A stretch of DNA of 60,816 nucleotides, the filler included, from Hausera hauseri (Eukaryota), in the NCBI GenBank assembly GCA_046269625.1. It is 12 parts of 12 records of this genome, joined end to end, with 100 filler letters (N's around TTAATTAATTAA, not from the genome) between each part and the next. Parts side by side here need not be neighbours in the genome. Positions count along the whole stretch, not along the records: positions 23,955 to 28,274 come from JBJURY010636775.1; positions 28,375 to 33,285 come from JBJURY010393479.1; positions 33,386 to 37,612 come from JBJURY010688327.1; 9 more parts are not named here. One strand, 5' to 3'. Positions within the stretch are counted from its first letter, which is position 1. Each line of letters begins with the position of its first letter. This document shows, one piece after another, positions 23,990 to 37,009 of this stretch. The notes beneath the pieces are model-generated. The model searched no databases and was not told where the DNA came from. It saw only the letters and a list, made by a program, of their open reading frames with translations. The position numbers and the translations under genes are program-made.

Positions 23990-26900
23990 GATACATTTAG
24001 TAGTTTATCTATTTTCTCAATTACATCTCAAATATTGAAGTCGATTTTAAAACAATCGGTTACACCGAATGTTTATGGCGGCGATGTCGTTTGTTTTTCG
24101 CCAATCACGGTCACTGCCTCCTCTGATAATATGCCTCAATCATTTTTATCACTAGATTCTAATCTCAAATCCTACATCATTTCTTCTTGTTCTCGAATAC
24201 TCAAAAAGGACTCTAGTTTTAATCCCCATCAACAACTTATCACCACATTGTCACCCAACACCAAAGACCTATCAGACAAAAGGTGCGACCATTATCTCCT
24301 CGTGGACGAAAAGCCGTGGAATTATAGTTTAACGAACTCGAAAAATTTGGTATCATTCGGAGGTCAAAATTACCACGGGCTTCACCATTACATTTAGTAG
24401 CAAAAAAGACGGTACTTTTCGACCATGTGGCGACTACCGTCAAACAAAACAATCTAACCATCATGGATACTTACCCATTACCGCTCATAAAGGACATCCT
24501 GCACAGTCTTAACAACATCAATACGTATTCCACAATAGATCTGCACAAATTCTACCATCAAATTCCCGTGGCATCCGATGACATTCCAAAGACTGCTGTC
24601 ATCATTCCATTTGACCTTTACGAATACATCTTTATGCCATTCAGTTTACGTAACGCAGCCCAAACCTTTCAACGCCACATCGACACCGTTCTCTCAGACC
24701 TTGATTTTTTTCATCCGTACATCGATGACATATTATTAGCCTCCAACTCCGTCAAACAACACCATGAACATCTCCGAATTAATTTTCACAGACTACATCA
24801 TAGCAACTTACAAGTTAACTTCTCCAAGTGCGACTTCATTCAGAAACGTATGAATTTCTTAGGCCACATAATCACTACTCACCGCCACTGTCCGCAACCT
24901 GATCGACTACAGCAATTGAAAAATGTAATACTTCCAACGGCCACTACAGATATGAGGAGTTTTCTTGGCACACTACATTTCGTCCATAAATATGCACCGC
25001 ATTGCTCTGAGCTTACAGCACCTTTCGCACACCTCGTATCTGGAAAGGAAAGACAGTTAATCCAGTGGACTCCTTATTTAGTCATCATATTTGATTACTT
25101 ACGTGAAGGCCAAAAACCGTCGAAATACTGACCCATCCAAAACCCGACGCGGAGCTGATACTTACCACCGATGCCTCTACCACAGCTACTGGTGCAATAA
25201 TACACCAGATTTCCAACGGCGTCGATGAACCTTTAGAATTTTACTCTCGAAAACTCACAACCTGAAAGCCAATATTCAACATTTGATCGTGAGCTACTAG
25301 TCATAGTTCTGGCAGTAAAACAATTCAAGCAGTCCTCCTCTCTCGTCCATTTATCATCCAAACGGACCGCAAGCATCTGCTGCACATCGTGTAACTAAAA
25401 CAGCCATAACCGAAGCAGAAACGACAGATATCATACCTATCTACATTTAGTATGGTCACAAAGTATACTTCATGTACTGAGAATTTGGTCGCGGATTTCC
25501 TGCCGCGGTCGATCGGCTCAATTAAGGTTAAAGCAATATTTTCTACCGAAATTCTAAAGCCCAATCAGCCGTCTGTTGATATTCTTAGCTCTTTCAAATC
25601 CTTTGAAATCATTGGTGGCATTGCATACCACATCTAACCCTAGTAATAAAAAAATGATTCTTGCTCCTTCTTTGCAAAAACCAGCTTTCTTTCACACGCA
25701 TTCAGTTCATCATCGAGGCTCGAAAGCCGCATTTCGCTTGCTCCAACGTCATATAGTTTGGCCATCAATGCGCACCGATGTACAATGTTGGGTTAAGGAA
25801 TGCGCAGCCTGTCAAAAATACAAAGTCAACAAACATCTTAAACTGCCGCTTTACAATTTCCCCTGTACGTCACGTTTTCATACCATCCATCTTTATCTCG
25901 TTGGACCCTTACCTTTTGACAACTGGTATCAACATATTCTTACTATGATGGATCGTGCTCCTCGCTGGCCTGAAACCGTTCCTCTCCGTTCAACAAACAC
26001 TGATTCAGTAGCAGATGCCTTCATTAAAATCTGTATTAGTCGTTTTGAATCCCCACGGCACATCATAGCGGACCAAAGTCCGCAGTTCGAATTGGAACTC
26101 TTTAAACCGCTTGTTAAACGCTTGGGGATATCACATTTCCATACAACGCCGTATCATCCACAATCAAATAGCCTTCTTGAAAGGTTCCATCGAACTATGA
26201 AAATTTCTTTAAAAATCTTGGCAGACAATCATCGTAATTGGACATCCATACTACCATTTGTTCTACTTGGTTGGCGCAACACTCCTTCCACCATCACGGC
26301 TTCTGCCCCATCCGAGGCACTTTTTGGGACTCCAATACGGGCTCTGTTCCAACTTTCCGACAGACGAAAACATTCGCGCGGCACAGTCTCACTTTGTTGA
26401 TGTTAACTCCGACTTCTTTTGTCACCTATTTAATAATAACAAATCGTACATTGCAAAGGATTTATACTCAGCCAAATTTGTATGGCTGAAGGATCAATCA
26501 CCTTCGGGTTTTCGACCTCAGTTTGTTGGCCCATACAAACTTCTTCACCTGTCATCTCATACAGTTACCATCTTACGCCAAGACAAATCCTACAACGTTC
26601 ACATTTAGAATCTTAAGCCCGCTTTCTTCGTTAATCATAATCCGGATATCGATTCTACTTCCAATTCTAACTCAACTCTCACTTCTTCCATTTCTTTCTC
26701 AAACTTTCTCCACGACTTCGCTCCGTTGCAGCAACCACTTTTATCTCACACTAAATCATACTTATCTTCCTCACCGCCTACTGTACCTACATCGCTTATT
26801 CCGTTTCCTCCGCCCGCCTCTCTTCCCTCTCTGTCATCATCTCCCAACGCCTTCAGTTTCTTCGCCTCTCTTGCTTGATTTATTCTCTTCACCATCTTCA

Positions 26901-27300
26901 AAGTCTTCATCACAAGCAACACAGCACATTGAATCAGAAAACCATACAAAACGTCTACCACAAAATATTGTTCAACAGCCAAGCACAAATTAATCAAATA
27001 AGGCATACAGAGTGACATTAAGTACCAATAGTAGGGAAAAATCCGTAGACGGAATACAACACCTCATACACACCAAACCAAATAGGCACTGAAAATTTTT
27101 TACGTTTTGTCTCTTTCTGTTTTTCTTTACGGTTTCTTTTCTGCCATGGGGGTGTGTGATGTAGTGCCACGGTCTATGCCATGGCCCTCCATTTTTGGCC
27201 ATCGGGTTACCTTTCGGTGCAGCTAGGCCGGCACGGTTTTCGTCCTGCCTTTTTACCTTTTGGCCTGTGTTTTTTGGCATCCGAACAGTCAATATCAGTG
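23990..27300 (+). mobile_element. Ty3/Gypsy family A degenerate pol with PPT and 3' LTR start; copy A3
   Basis: RT HPYIDDIL, RNaseH TTDAS, integrase CAAC/HTTPYHPQSN, GPY and an S/P-rich tail. PPT CATGGGGGTGTGTGA then TGTAGTGCC at 27160. Confidence 0.95.
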
Positions 27301-27683
27301 TCAAATAAAATCAATATCCTTATTTGGTTGTTTAGCAGGCTACCAATTATCCTATCTTTTAATTTTGACCGTTTGTTTCATAATCGTCGTTGAAAAGCCT
27401 GGATTGAAGTTGGAAGTAATGAATGACAACACAAGCCCAACTAAAGCATGTCGAGTACATAAAAATACCCACTGAATTCATCGGTTTTGCATAGTCTTGT
27501 AAAAAGACAAAATAGAGAAGCTAACTGAAGTTCCGTAAAATTTCTGGATTTTTACGGAAAGGGACTGACATGCCATCATTACGATTTCATTACCACAATA
27601 TCTTAATGCTCATCACCAATTATCGATCTGATGTAAAACATATCTCAACAACATTGCGTTAAAGAGAATTACTTTCCAATTCG

Positions 27684-27866
27684 GAATTTAATCTAAAAGA
27701 TTGTGGATATCATGATAAATCTCGTACAGTTCAATTAAATCGTAGTGAAAATGCCGGGTACATCAAATGCAAAATTTGCCTCGAAGATTATCAAACAATA
27801 ATATATTATTTAAGTCATGAAGTCGATGTATATAATGACTGAGTAAACGCATGTGAAGAAACAAGT
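27684..27866 (+). pseudogene. ELOF1: Transcription elongation factor ELOF1/Elf1 pseudogene
   Basis: EFNLKDCGYHDKSRTVQLNRSENAGYIKCKICLEDYQTIIYYLSHEVDVYND*VNACEE aligns with Elf1 (…[30 protein letters not shown]). The first Zn cysteine is lost and Trp is replaced by TGA at 27840. Confidence 0.85.
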
Positions 27867-28374
27867 AGCAAAAGGCAATTACTTTTGATTGAATATATTT
27901 TTGTACAGTTTCCGTTAGGATTTAGTATTATTTTACGACTAATTTAAAATTGCAAGTAACAGAGATTGCTGTAAATTATTCAGTATCACCGAACCCGAAT
28001 TATTTAAATAAATTTGTATATTCAAAATAAAAAAAGAATATATTTTCAAATTTGGAAAATGTCTTATTCTCAAAATTCTCCAAAACGGTATACAACATCA
28101 AAAATAACGGAGTCGTGAGGGGGGGGCAGTGCATGATAGTCTGATTCAACCGAACTTTTTATTTTTATTTCGTTGTTTTAATATATAAAAAATACTGGCT
28201 TTTTTCCTTTGTATCAGTCCCACATTTTTTTACGTTAATACAATTTCTGGTATTCCTTCATTTTCGAATGTGTCNNNNNNNNNNNNNNNNNNNNNNNNNN
28301 NNNNNNNNNNNNNNNNNNTTAATTAATTAANNNNNNNNNNNNNNNNNNNNNNNNNNNNNNNNNNNNNNNNNNNN

Positions 28375-28781
28375 AATCTATGTATTATGAAATCTATAGA
28401 CGGTTCCGTGAGTTCTAAAACTGCATTATAGAGATGGGTATACGGGTCGGATTGTTGAAAGTTGTTTAAAATATCGCGAAGAAAAGTCTTTACTGTGTTT
28501 GGTAAGAGACAAAGTAAGCTATGAGCTTTAACTAAGGGATCAGTAATGCTGTTAGACTGCAGCGAAAGTTTGTGGAAGTTAAGCTATGTTTTACTGGACT
28601 TTTCATGGTCAATAAAATATTCTGTGCACTAAGAAGTAGCGTGTTTGACTGGAGGAATGGTAGGAGTGTAAGTGGTTAAAGTAGATAGTGTGGTGACAGT
28701 CGTTGAATTTTGTAGAAAAGTGAAAGGTGTTGGTTTATAGTTAGTTTTATCAGTAATGTCCATGGTGGGTGAAGAATTCAT
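28375..28781 (-). mobile_element. Ty3/Gypsy family A gag N-terminus
   Basis: LRDILNNFQQSDPYTHLYNAVLELTEPSIDFIIHR matches copy A2 gag (LLDIFQHSNPYMQLFNDLLKLTEPPIDSIIQR). Confidence 0.8.
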
Positions 28782-29017
28782 GCCACCAAGGATACGAATC
28801 TGTACGTGAATAATGATTAATTAGGTTGAAAGTACTTAAAGGTTTTGAAAATTGCCATTAATTATAGGTAGGTTGTTGTAAGTGAGATAAACGTCAGAGA
28901 TATTAGCGAAGTATAATACATAATTGTGCAAGTAGGATGAGTCTATAAAATACGTTGTTCTGTGTCCGAAAAGTTGGTAATTATTTAGAAAAAAGAGAAA
29001 GGAGTGTTGGTGTGGTC

Positions 29018-30320
29018 CTAATGGGCGATGTGGTGACGTAAAGGACCGTTGTGTAGGCCCACTGACATAGGACAGACGGCCGGGTAGTCGGTTACAATGT
29101 GATATGCCTGAAGATCCGGGGTGATCGGATTCCCTCGGGTGGGTCCAGCCAGAGATGTATTTTGTTTCAATTGTACAACCGTATTGCCACGGGGAAAAGC
29201 CATTAACTGGATAGTATCAATAAAAACTTTGTTAATCAGTGGCATTGTCTAAAGAATAAGAATTGACGTATTCAGTAGATGTCGTTGAAAAATGAGTGTC
29301 GAAAATACCAAAATTGTACAAAAAATGTGGTAATGTGAGGAACATTCTTTTCGTAGTAGAATTCCGATATAAACCCGACTGCATGAGAGCACGAATAGAA
29401 GAACGCCAGATCCTAGAGAATGATGGTGGATACCAATCGAAGTGAAAAAAGGTGATCAGAAACTCAACAACACTGCTGCGCGTACTACTTAACCATTCGG
29501 GTAGACTTACTCCATTACGAACATATTGAACAAGAAACATCGAAGATGTCGATAAATGCGTTTCCGTCAAATAACCATATGTATTAAACAAAATTGAAAA
29601 CAATATAACAAGGGTAGTATCTATTACTTTTTTACCAGATCCACGTGTATTCGGCCAGATAAGAAGACTAAAACATTCGGTGAGTAATCGATGACTTCGG
29701 GAAAATATTCCGAAAGCACTAAAGGCGGTGGGGTTGACTGGAAAATAGTTTGAATTTTGATTTGAGACAAGGATGGCAAGTACTGTAGAAAATCATCAGG
29801 TAACTGAAGTGCAATATATCCCCAGATTATATCGTCGAGGGGAGTAAGAATCAAAGAAGTACAAACAGGTTTTATGTCTGGCCCAAAGTCAATATCAAAT
29901 TTATAGTAACTTTTAATACAGGGGCAGGAAAAATGTCGAAATAACGTTATAACGGGGAATTGAAGCTATAGGCGAGGTTACAACGGGAATATTGAAGTTT
30001 AAGGAATGTCGACATGAATTTCTATTTGTATCTGTTGACCGGTAATTTTATGTCGATAAAAGGAAGCAATTCCTTTCCAATGAATTGTGCACGGTTACAA
30101 ATCAGCGTAGCAGCCCAAGGACGAAAAGGTGAAACAACATCTGGATGGAACATATCGAAAGGTATCATAATTACTAATAATAAGACATCATTAGGCCGCA
30201 ATACGGAAAATGCGATATGGAAATATGACAAGATATGTTGTACAAACAGAGACTGGGAATCATATACAAAACATATAGCAACGGGAGGAAATAAAATTTT
30301 TCTGTAGATATGAAAAAACA
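29018..30320 (-). pseudogene. Degenerate unknown ORF upstream of and co-oriented with gag
   Basis: A chain of same-strand ORFs (30022-30231, 29624-29854, 29232-29603, 29018-29245) with strand composition like the Gypsy coding strand. No homology recognised. Confidence 0.4.
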
Positions 30321-30789
30321 GTCGCCGACGAATCTACATACAACAATCACTCTTACCCCGTCGTGCGCTAGTTTCTCCAACGAGCACAGTATATAAGTGT
30401 CTATAAAGACCGTAGATGGCCCTTGTGATTTCTGGCATGCAACATCGCCAAAACGGAGTTGATTGATCCTGATTAACCACTGACCAAATGCGTCAAGTTC
30501 CATTCGTGTCTCGCTTAGTGTCAACGGCAACTCACAGTGTGCCACATTGGTGTCATTGACGTAAAGAGTTGCAACCGACAAGAATCTGGGTTGCAGAACA
30601 AATCTGGTACAATCTGCCCTAGATGTGATTAAACTTTCCATATGCAACTGTTTAATGCTGCCCCCTATTACATTATTAATTGGGATAGTTTCATATGCAG
30701 ATGGTTCAAAATTTTTTCTATCAATAAAACGTTTACCAATTTTGCATACTGCTTGATGAGGATGAGAGTAACGTTTAGTGCGAAAGAAA

Positions 30790-32050
30790 CAATCATTGGT
30801 TGCGATCAACGAACAGGGCGATACCAACGTATCTTCATTAACAGACTCTAGTTGATTCATAGTTAATTCCAAAGAACTGACTAACGTTTTAAGAAGCTCT
30901 CCTGCATTCTGAGTATTCGTAAAACACGATTCCAAAACTGATAAGGTCACAGAACAACACTCGATGATTCATTCTCGGCTAGAGAAAACAAAATCGGTAC
31001 ACCATAATGTCGATTAATTTCGTTCATACAAATCGGATTTTTTGTGCAAGCTTGGATAATGTCAATCGCATGAATCAGAAGATTTGCGTCGTCCATTTGT
31101 AACAACGAAATCAAAAGTCTGGTCGGGCTTTTTTTCACTAATTAACTTTCGACCTATGTCAAACCTGGAAATTTCCGGCAGATCATCAGTACCTTTGACC
31201 GTAATTCGTTCGGTATTGTCCAAATCATTTAATTTATATGATGCCAATAACTGCGGTTGAAGGTCAACTTCAAACATGTTTGGTAGTTCTTCTAACCTAT
31301 TCAAAAAGATTAATGTTCTGCCTTTTGTTGTGAATCCTTTCGCATTAATCTGACATAAGCAGAATTTCCGTGCAGCTGCGGTTAAAGCATACAGAAGGTC
31401 TTGATCGGCAGTTTTATCCATGTTTGTAATGAAAATATCAATCCCATTTAGATTACGTATCGCTGTTCGTGTTTCTGGATCAACAGCGCGTTTGAAAATC
31501 GTATATCCAATTTGCCTTTTAGCCAGATGTTTGCGATATTGATATTTCTCACCAAAATAGGTAATATCCCTTCTGTTCGAATAGAAACACCATAGTAATA
31601 TTCGGAAGCACATTGCTGTAAAATCCCTATGACTGGGGTCAGAAAATGGTTGTTTGAGGTTTTTATCAATCTAGCCAACAACGGTAGTACTCTTGCTCTT
31701 TGCGTAAATACTCTGTTTCTTCTCGATTTACTGGCTTTCTATAACACTCGCAGCCTTTTGCATTACTGACACTTGTATATTGCCTTTCTGTATTACACTA
31801 ACTCTGCTCTTTTTAACTTGAAACCTTAGACTTCAAATCAACATCCAACAGATAAACGAGATAATTAAGACCATAAAATCGTCGGATATTTGATCTAGCC
31901 CTTATAAATACTGCCAATTTGGCTAGGGTCTCAGTAGGTAGACAATGCAAGTCAGCACTTTGATCTTTGAGGTTATCCACCTGCGGTTGTATACCGCCCA
32001 GAAATGTAAGACTTCTGCAGTAGGTAATTATTGACACCAATTCTTTACGA
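30790..32050 (-). pseudogene. ARMC4: Armadillo-repeat outer dynein arm docking protein ARMC4/ODAD2, intronless degenerate fragment
   Basis: Colinear matches LGGIQPQVDNL...LHCLPTETLAKLAVFIRARSNIRRFYGLNYLVYLLD; LPLLARLIKTS...PVIGILQQCASE; DPETRTAIR; NAGELLKTLVSSLELTMNQLES. Several frameshifts and stops. Confidence 0.85.
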
Positions 32051-32160
32051 CATACCAATTCATGGTATGTCGTATTGTAGGGAATGTCGACAACAAAGGC
32101 AGCATTCTCACCAGCTGTCACAAACTGATAGCCACTTTTTTTCGACCAAGACATTCGGTT

Positions 32161-33285
32161 TAAGTAGGGGAAAATGGCGGTTCGGTCCCACCCCGGGGTG
32201 TGCGAATCGATATTGCACATGTGCCAATCGATAGTGCACACGGAGTACTATCGATCCATAGAGTGCTAGGCAACGGTGCCGCTAGGGATGGTTGCTAGGT
32301 GCACTTTTGCACTTTTGACAAATCGATCGCTGCACAGTGCAGTATTGATCGAATCGATCGGGACAAAGAGCTATTCGATAGAGCACATCAGTTCGCATAG
32401 AATGATGCACATTCTAGGTGTGAGCGAGAACCAATTGAATGTGATCAACCATTGGCGCTGGAGTTATCAGAGCTATAAACAAAGTCGTTATTTCTTCTTG
32501 CAATTCTGCGATCATTTTAGCAAATAAAATAATTCTTTTCCACATTGTAGTCAATTCGGTATTTAATTGGAAAGTTGTAACCAGCAAAATTTTCATGATA
32601 GCTTTAATAAACTTTTCATCAATTTAAAAACGAATCTAGAAGATTTGAATCCGATGTTATTTGTATTCGAATCAATTTTATACAGTTTTTATACGCTGAT
32701 ACTAAATCGAGAACCGTGTGTTTATTCTAAATGTCGTGGAATTGAATATAAGATGTGAGCAATAGAAGATCGATTGAATTCATTAAAATGGTATTAATTC
32801 TTATTTGAGAAAATTGAGATGATATCTGATTCGGAATGTAGAAATTTTACTGCTTATCGATATTTCGAAATCTGAGCTCACGTTTCTCGCTATCAAATTT
32901 TGTGTACAGTGCTTTGATTTCTGTTTTGTATTAATAGCATCTGGTCCTATTGTTTCATGTCAGGATCTACTGCAGTATCGACTGTACACTGAATTTTTGC
33001 GAAAATTGGTAATGATGTTTGAAAAGATTTTTCTTCAACTTCTGAAACGTAACTATTGTGCTTACGGAAGTCTAAGTAGGAGGAAAAATGGCGGTTCGGT
33101 ACCACACCCCCGGGAGGTGTGCGAATCGATATTGCACATGTGCCAATCGATAGTGCACACGGAGCACTATCGATCCATAGAGTGCTAGGCAACGGTGCCG
33201 CTAGGGACGGTTGCTAGGTGCACTTTTGCACTTTTGACAAATCGATCGCTGCACAGTGCAGTATTGATCGAATCGATCGGGACAA
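32161..33285 (+). repeat. Two near-identical direct repeats of about 205 bp (32161-32366 and 33073-33285)
   Basis: Both begin TAAGTAGG..AAAATGGCGGTTCGGT and share the internal sequence. The left flanks differ, and the second copy runs off the contig end. Confidence 0.95.
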
Positions 33286-33385
33286 NNNNNNNNNNNNNNN
33301 NNNNNNNNNNNNNNNNNNNNNNNNNNNNNTTAATTAATTAANNNNNNNNNNNNNNNNNNNNNNNNNNNNNNNNNNNNNNNNNNNN

Positions 33386-33572
33386 AAAAACGTGTGCAAT
33401 TGATAGTTAAAATAAAACATTTAAATTTGTTCAGATTTAGTATTCAAATTTTTTGGATCAATTTTAAATAATTTTTTCATTGATTTTGGAAGTATCGTGA
33501 TATACATCGTGTATCGTGATATAGCCAAAATAATATGGGGATATAAGATTTTCCTCATATCGCCCAGCCCTA
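33386..33572. mobile_element. End of a teleost-type non-autonomous DNA transposon
   Basis: Terminus ATATCGCCCAGCCCTA (reverse complement TAGGGCTGGGCGATAT) with ATCGTGAT repeats, a pattern I associate with fish genomes. Confidence 0.55.
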
Positions 33573-33992
33573 GTGTGGACCATCTAGAACTGGGTCGGCT
33601 CCAGAACTTATTCATGTGTTAAACATCCAATGATTGTTTCCTGATTTCCTGATTGTTTAAAATCAATTATTAAACAAGAACAAAGTAAAAGAAAGTGAGA
33701 TCAGCACAAACATCAACAATCTACAAAGAACCTGCAGCAAATGAAAACTATACTGTAAATAAGGCCCATTACAATTCTTGTCTTTCAGGGTCAGTCAACA
33801 GTAAATGTTGAAGATGTTAATTCTGTCTTCTTATTTTTAGTTCACTTTAAAGTATTTACATATGATTTAAAGAGTAACTTACCCCAAAATTAACTCTTCT
33901 TTAATAAACTGTCTAAATTGTGTCTTAAAGGTTATATAGTGCTATTTCTGTGCTAATTTTGACGTTTTAGTGCATATTTGTTCAAATCTGCA

Positions 33993-35683
33993 CAGGGTGT
34001 CCGCGGGTCCTTGAAAAGTCTTGAAACGTCTTATATTCATGTTTCTAAAATGAAGGGTCTTGAAAGGTATTGAATTCATGAATAATGTGTAAGTTAAGTC
34101 TTGAATACGTTACTCAAGGGTCTTAAGTTTAGTCAGGCAGGACGGATTTAAGTTCTTCGTCTCCGCTGCAGATTTCCTAAAAGTGAGGAGGAAAACAAAA
34201 TAAACGTGTTGTTGTTGTGGACTTCTATCTGGCTGGATTTGACTGACGCTGCTTTCAACCAATAAAGAGAACCAGAGTCACAGTTTTAGCCAATCAGAGC
34301 AGAGCAGGGCGGGTCCTGCAGTCTGTAGAGAGCCAGACTGAAGGAGTAAACAAGGAGTAAACAACGTTTATCTACTTTTTTACAAGATGACACCTCGACC
34401 CACTGTCCTAACAGAACCACCCGCCGCCCTATGAAGGTGAAGTAATGTAATAAATTATTAAACATTTAAGAATTAAACGTATGTGTTCGCACGTGAGCAG
34501 TCCACTTCAACCGGGGTGATACCTAAACTGGTACACCGTTACCCCCCACCCCTCCTCCCGAACCGAGCCCCGACCTGCTAGTTTTGTTTCTAAAGTCTGA
34601 CTTTGTATCTAAAGTCTAACTTTGTATCTAAAGTCTAACTTTGTATCTAAAGTCTAACTTTGTATCAGACGTTAATGTGTTCGGAGCATCATGTTATCTC
34701 AGACATGTGTAGCTTGTGCGCGTGACCAAACTCCGGGTCCGACAGAGAGCTCCGCTGCGGGAGCGCGCTCAGCCTGTCTCTCTGACAGTGAGGCAGGAGG
34801 CAGCTGCTGCTGTAGTTCTTCTTATTAAACAGTATTAACACTAAATTAAAAGATGAATATTTGTAGATCCCAGATTACAGCAAAGACATGTCTCTGTTTA
34901 AATGTAATGTTCCTTAAACTCATGAAGTTCTCTCTGTGGGTCAGTTTCAGCTGGTTGTAGTTTATCATCAATATCTTCACAAGTTTATCTACAAAATGTT
35001 TTAACAATAATAAGGTGTTTTGTCTGTTTGGATGTGCTAAACTTTTAATATTTTTAAAACTAAACTGAGAGCTAACTACTGTGATAAATATAATTAATAC
35101 ATTATCAAATATGAAAAATAAATAGTATTAAATGACTTCATGAACTATGATCCTGTGTTCTCTTTGAATTAAAGTCATTTTAGGGGAGAAATCTGTCAAA
35201 TTGATAATATATATCAAAAATAATTTATACTTTGCAAAGAACTTTCTGTTAACACTTAAATTACTTCACAGTAAACTACAGAAAGGTTATAAAAAACCTC
35301 ACTTCCTTCAGAATGTTGTTGGTCTTGATGGTGGAGAGTAAAGTATAAATTTATAGATATATAGATTTATAGTTGCATGATTTTTTGTGTATAAAGGTAA
35401 AACTGGAGATTAAGACACAATTAGGCCCAAGTATTCAGTAGATGTGTTTTTGTTGGATGTTTCCAACCAAATAACTGCAGCTGTGCACACAGCTACTGAA
35501 CCAGAGCTGAATATCTTTATATTCAACGTGTTTTATTGAGTGACACGTGTGATTCTTGGTTATGAAACAGCACAATTCCCCAACCATCGCAGATATTTAT
35601 AGGTTTATCAGTCTTAAATTTCATACATTGTGGTATTGAAAAGGTCTTAAAAAGTCTTAAATTTGACTTGCTAAAACCTGCAG
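33993..35683 (+). mobile_element. Teleost-type non-autonomous hAT-like DNA transposon
   Basis: Starts CAGGGTGTCCGCGG and has subterminal GTCTTGAA/GTCTTAAA repeats at both ends. It finishes AAAAGTCTTAAATTTGACTTGCTAAAACCTGCAG; the right TIR is incomplete. Confidence 0.65.
34582..34666. repeat. 19-bp minisatellite (CTTTGTATCTAAAGTCTAA), about 4.5 units
   Basis: Read directly from the sequence. Confidence 0.9.
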
Positions 35684-37009
35684 CCATAGAAGATTTATCT
35701 TCTCCAAATCCAACCAAAATAGTTTCTGTAAAACATTAGAAAAGAAGTGGTTTGGATCTCTTACAGGACTATGTTTATAAAACAAAACAGTAAGCTCTTA
35801 AAACAGCTCTGGGTACCTTATTCCTTTAGTTTGTGATATTGACTATTCTAAATTACTTGCAAAGTAATTGACTGAAATGTCTAATGTTTTTAGGTTTTGT
35901 TTTTGTTGCCAGCGAGGCTGCACTTCAGGACACACATTTTACATTTTGTTTTGAGTTCAAATACATTGGAACCTGATTTAAGTCCTGACTGTTTATGTTA
36001 GCTTGTTCATTGTGTTGTTAAAAGCAATATTTTGCACTTTTCAAAGACAATTTTTATTAAACCTTGGCAATAGCAACAATATAGTATGGTTTCAGTCCTA
36101 TCACTACAACAAAAAAGTTTCAGGCTCAGGATTTTTTTTCACTTTAAGCCCTGTAGAAGTAACAAGGCTATTTTTTAAAATGTAAGAAGTCACAAGAATC
36201 TTTAAAAATTAATTCCCATCCACAGTGTGGAAAATTCCTCAAAGATCTCCGTTTGAAATAACTGCAGGAATTTAGCCTGGCCAGAAGCCAGAGCACAGCG
36301 CTGCTATAGGGAGATGGAAAAAACTGTTTGTTTCTTATGAAAACAAGATAGAATTTAAATTACACTTCTGAACGCTCTATATTTGAAGTAAGGTTCAAGT
36401 GCAGTTTAACTCGAGACAGTTTGAAAGGATGATATATGTAATCGATTGCCAAGCTTTATGTTCTCAGGGAATCTGTATTTGTTGTGCGGCCTCAGGCAGG
36501 AATCCCAGGCAACGATACTTTACATTATTGGTTTGATCAAGTTTCAGTTCGAGAAAACTGGCAAAACTGCTCCAAAATCTACTGCAGCAAAATAAATGGA
36601 TCGATCAGATTAAAAGCAATAATTCCTTCACCAGAGGAGCACGGTTAGGAATCACACCACAACATTAAGGCGCGAAATAACAGCAGCAGCTTGTCATGCC
36701 ATCAGGAAATGATTACATTTCAGCAGAAACTGCTTGTTCTGTTAATCTACTACAATATTAGCGTCAAAAATTGCAGGTATAATTTATTTTACAGGATCAT
36801 TGTAAAATACGTGGTTGACAAAAGTTCAGCATCGTAACATCTTTTTTTTTTTTTGTATTTGTTCAAGTGACGTTCTAGTTCATCATACTGAGATACAATA
36901 CGTTCATAGCAACTGTAAGCGGACAAAAATCTGGTATTCGATAGCTGAACTAGTCTGTGGGGATAATGTCCATAATTTAGTGTCCTGTACATGCCTGCAT
37001 AATCTATCT

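Noticed and set aside
27840-27842. Alternative genetic code (TGA read as Trp or Cys)
   Set aside because: All three stop types replace various residues and co-occur with frameshifts, which fits ordinary pseudogene decay.
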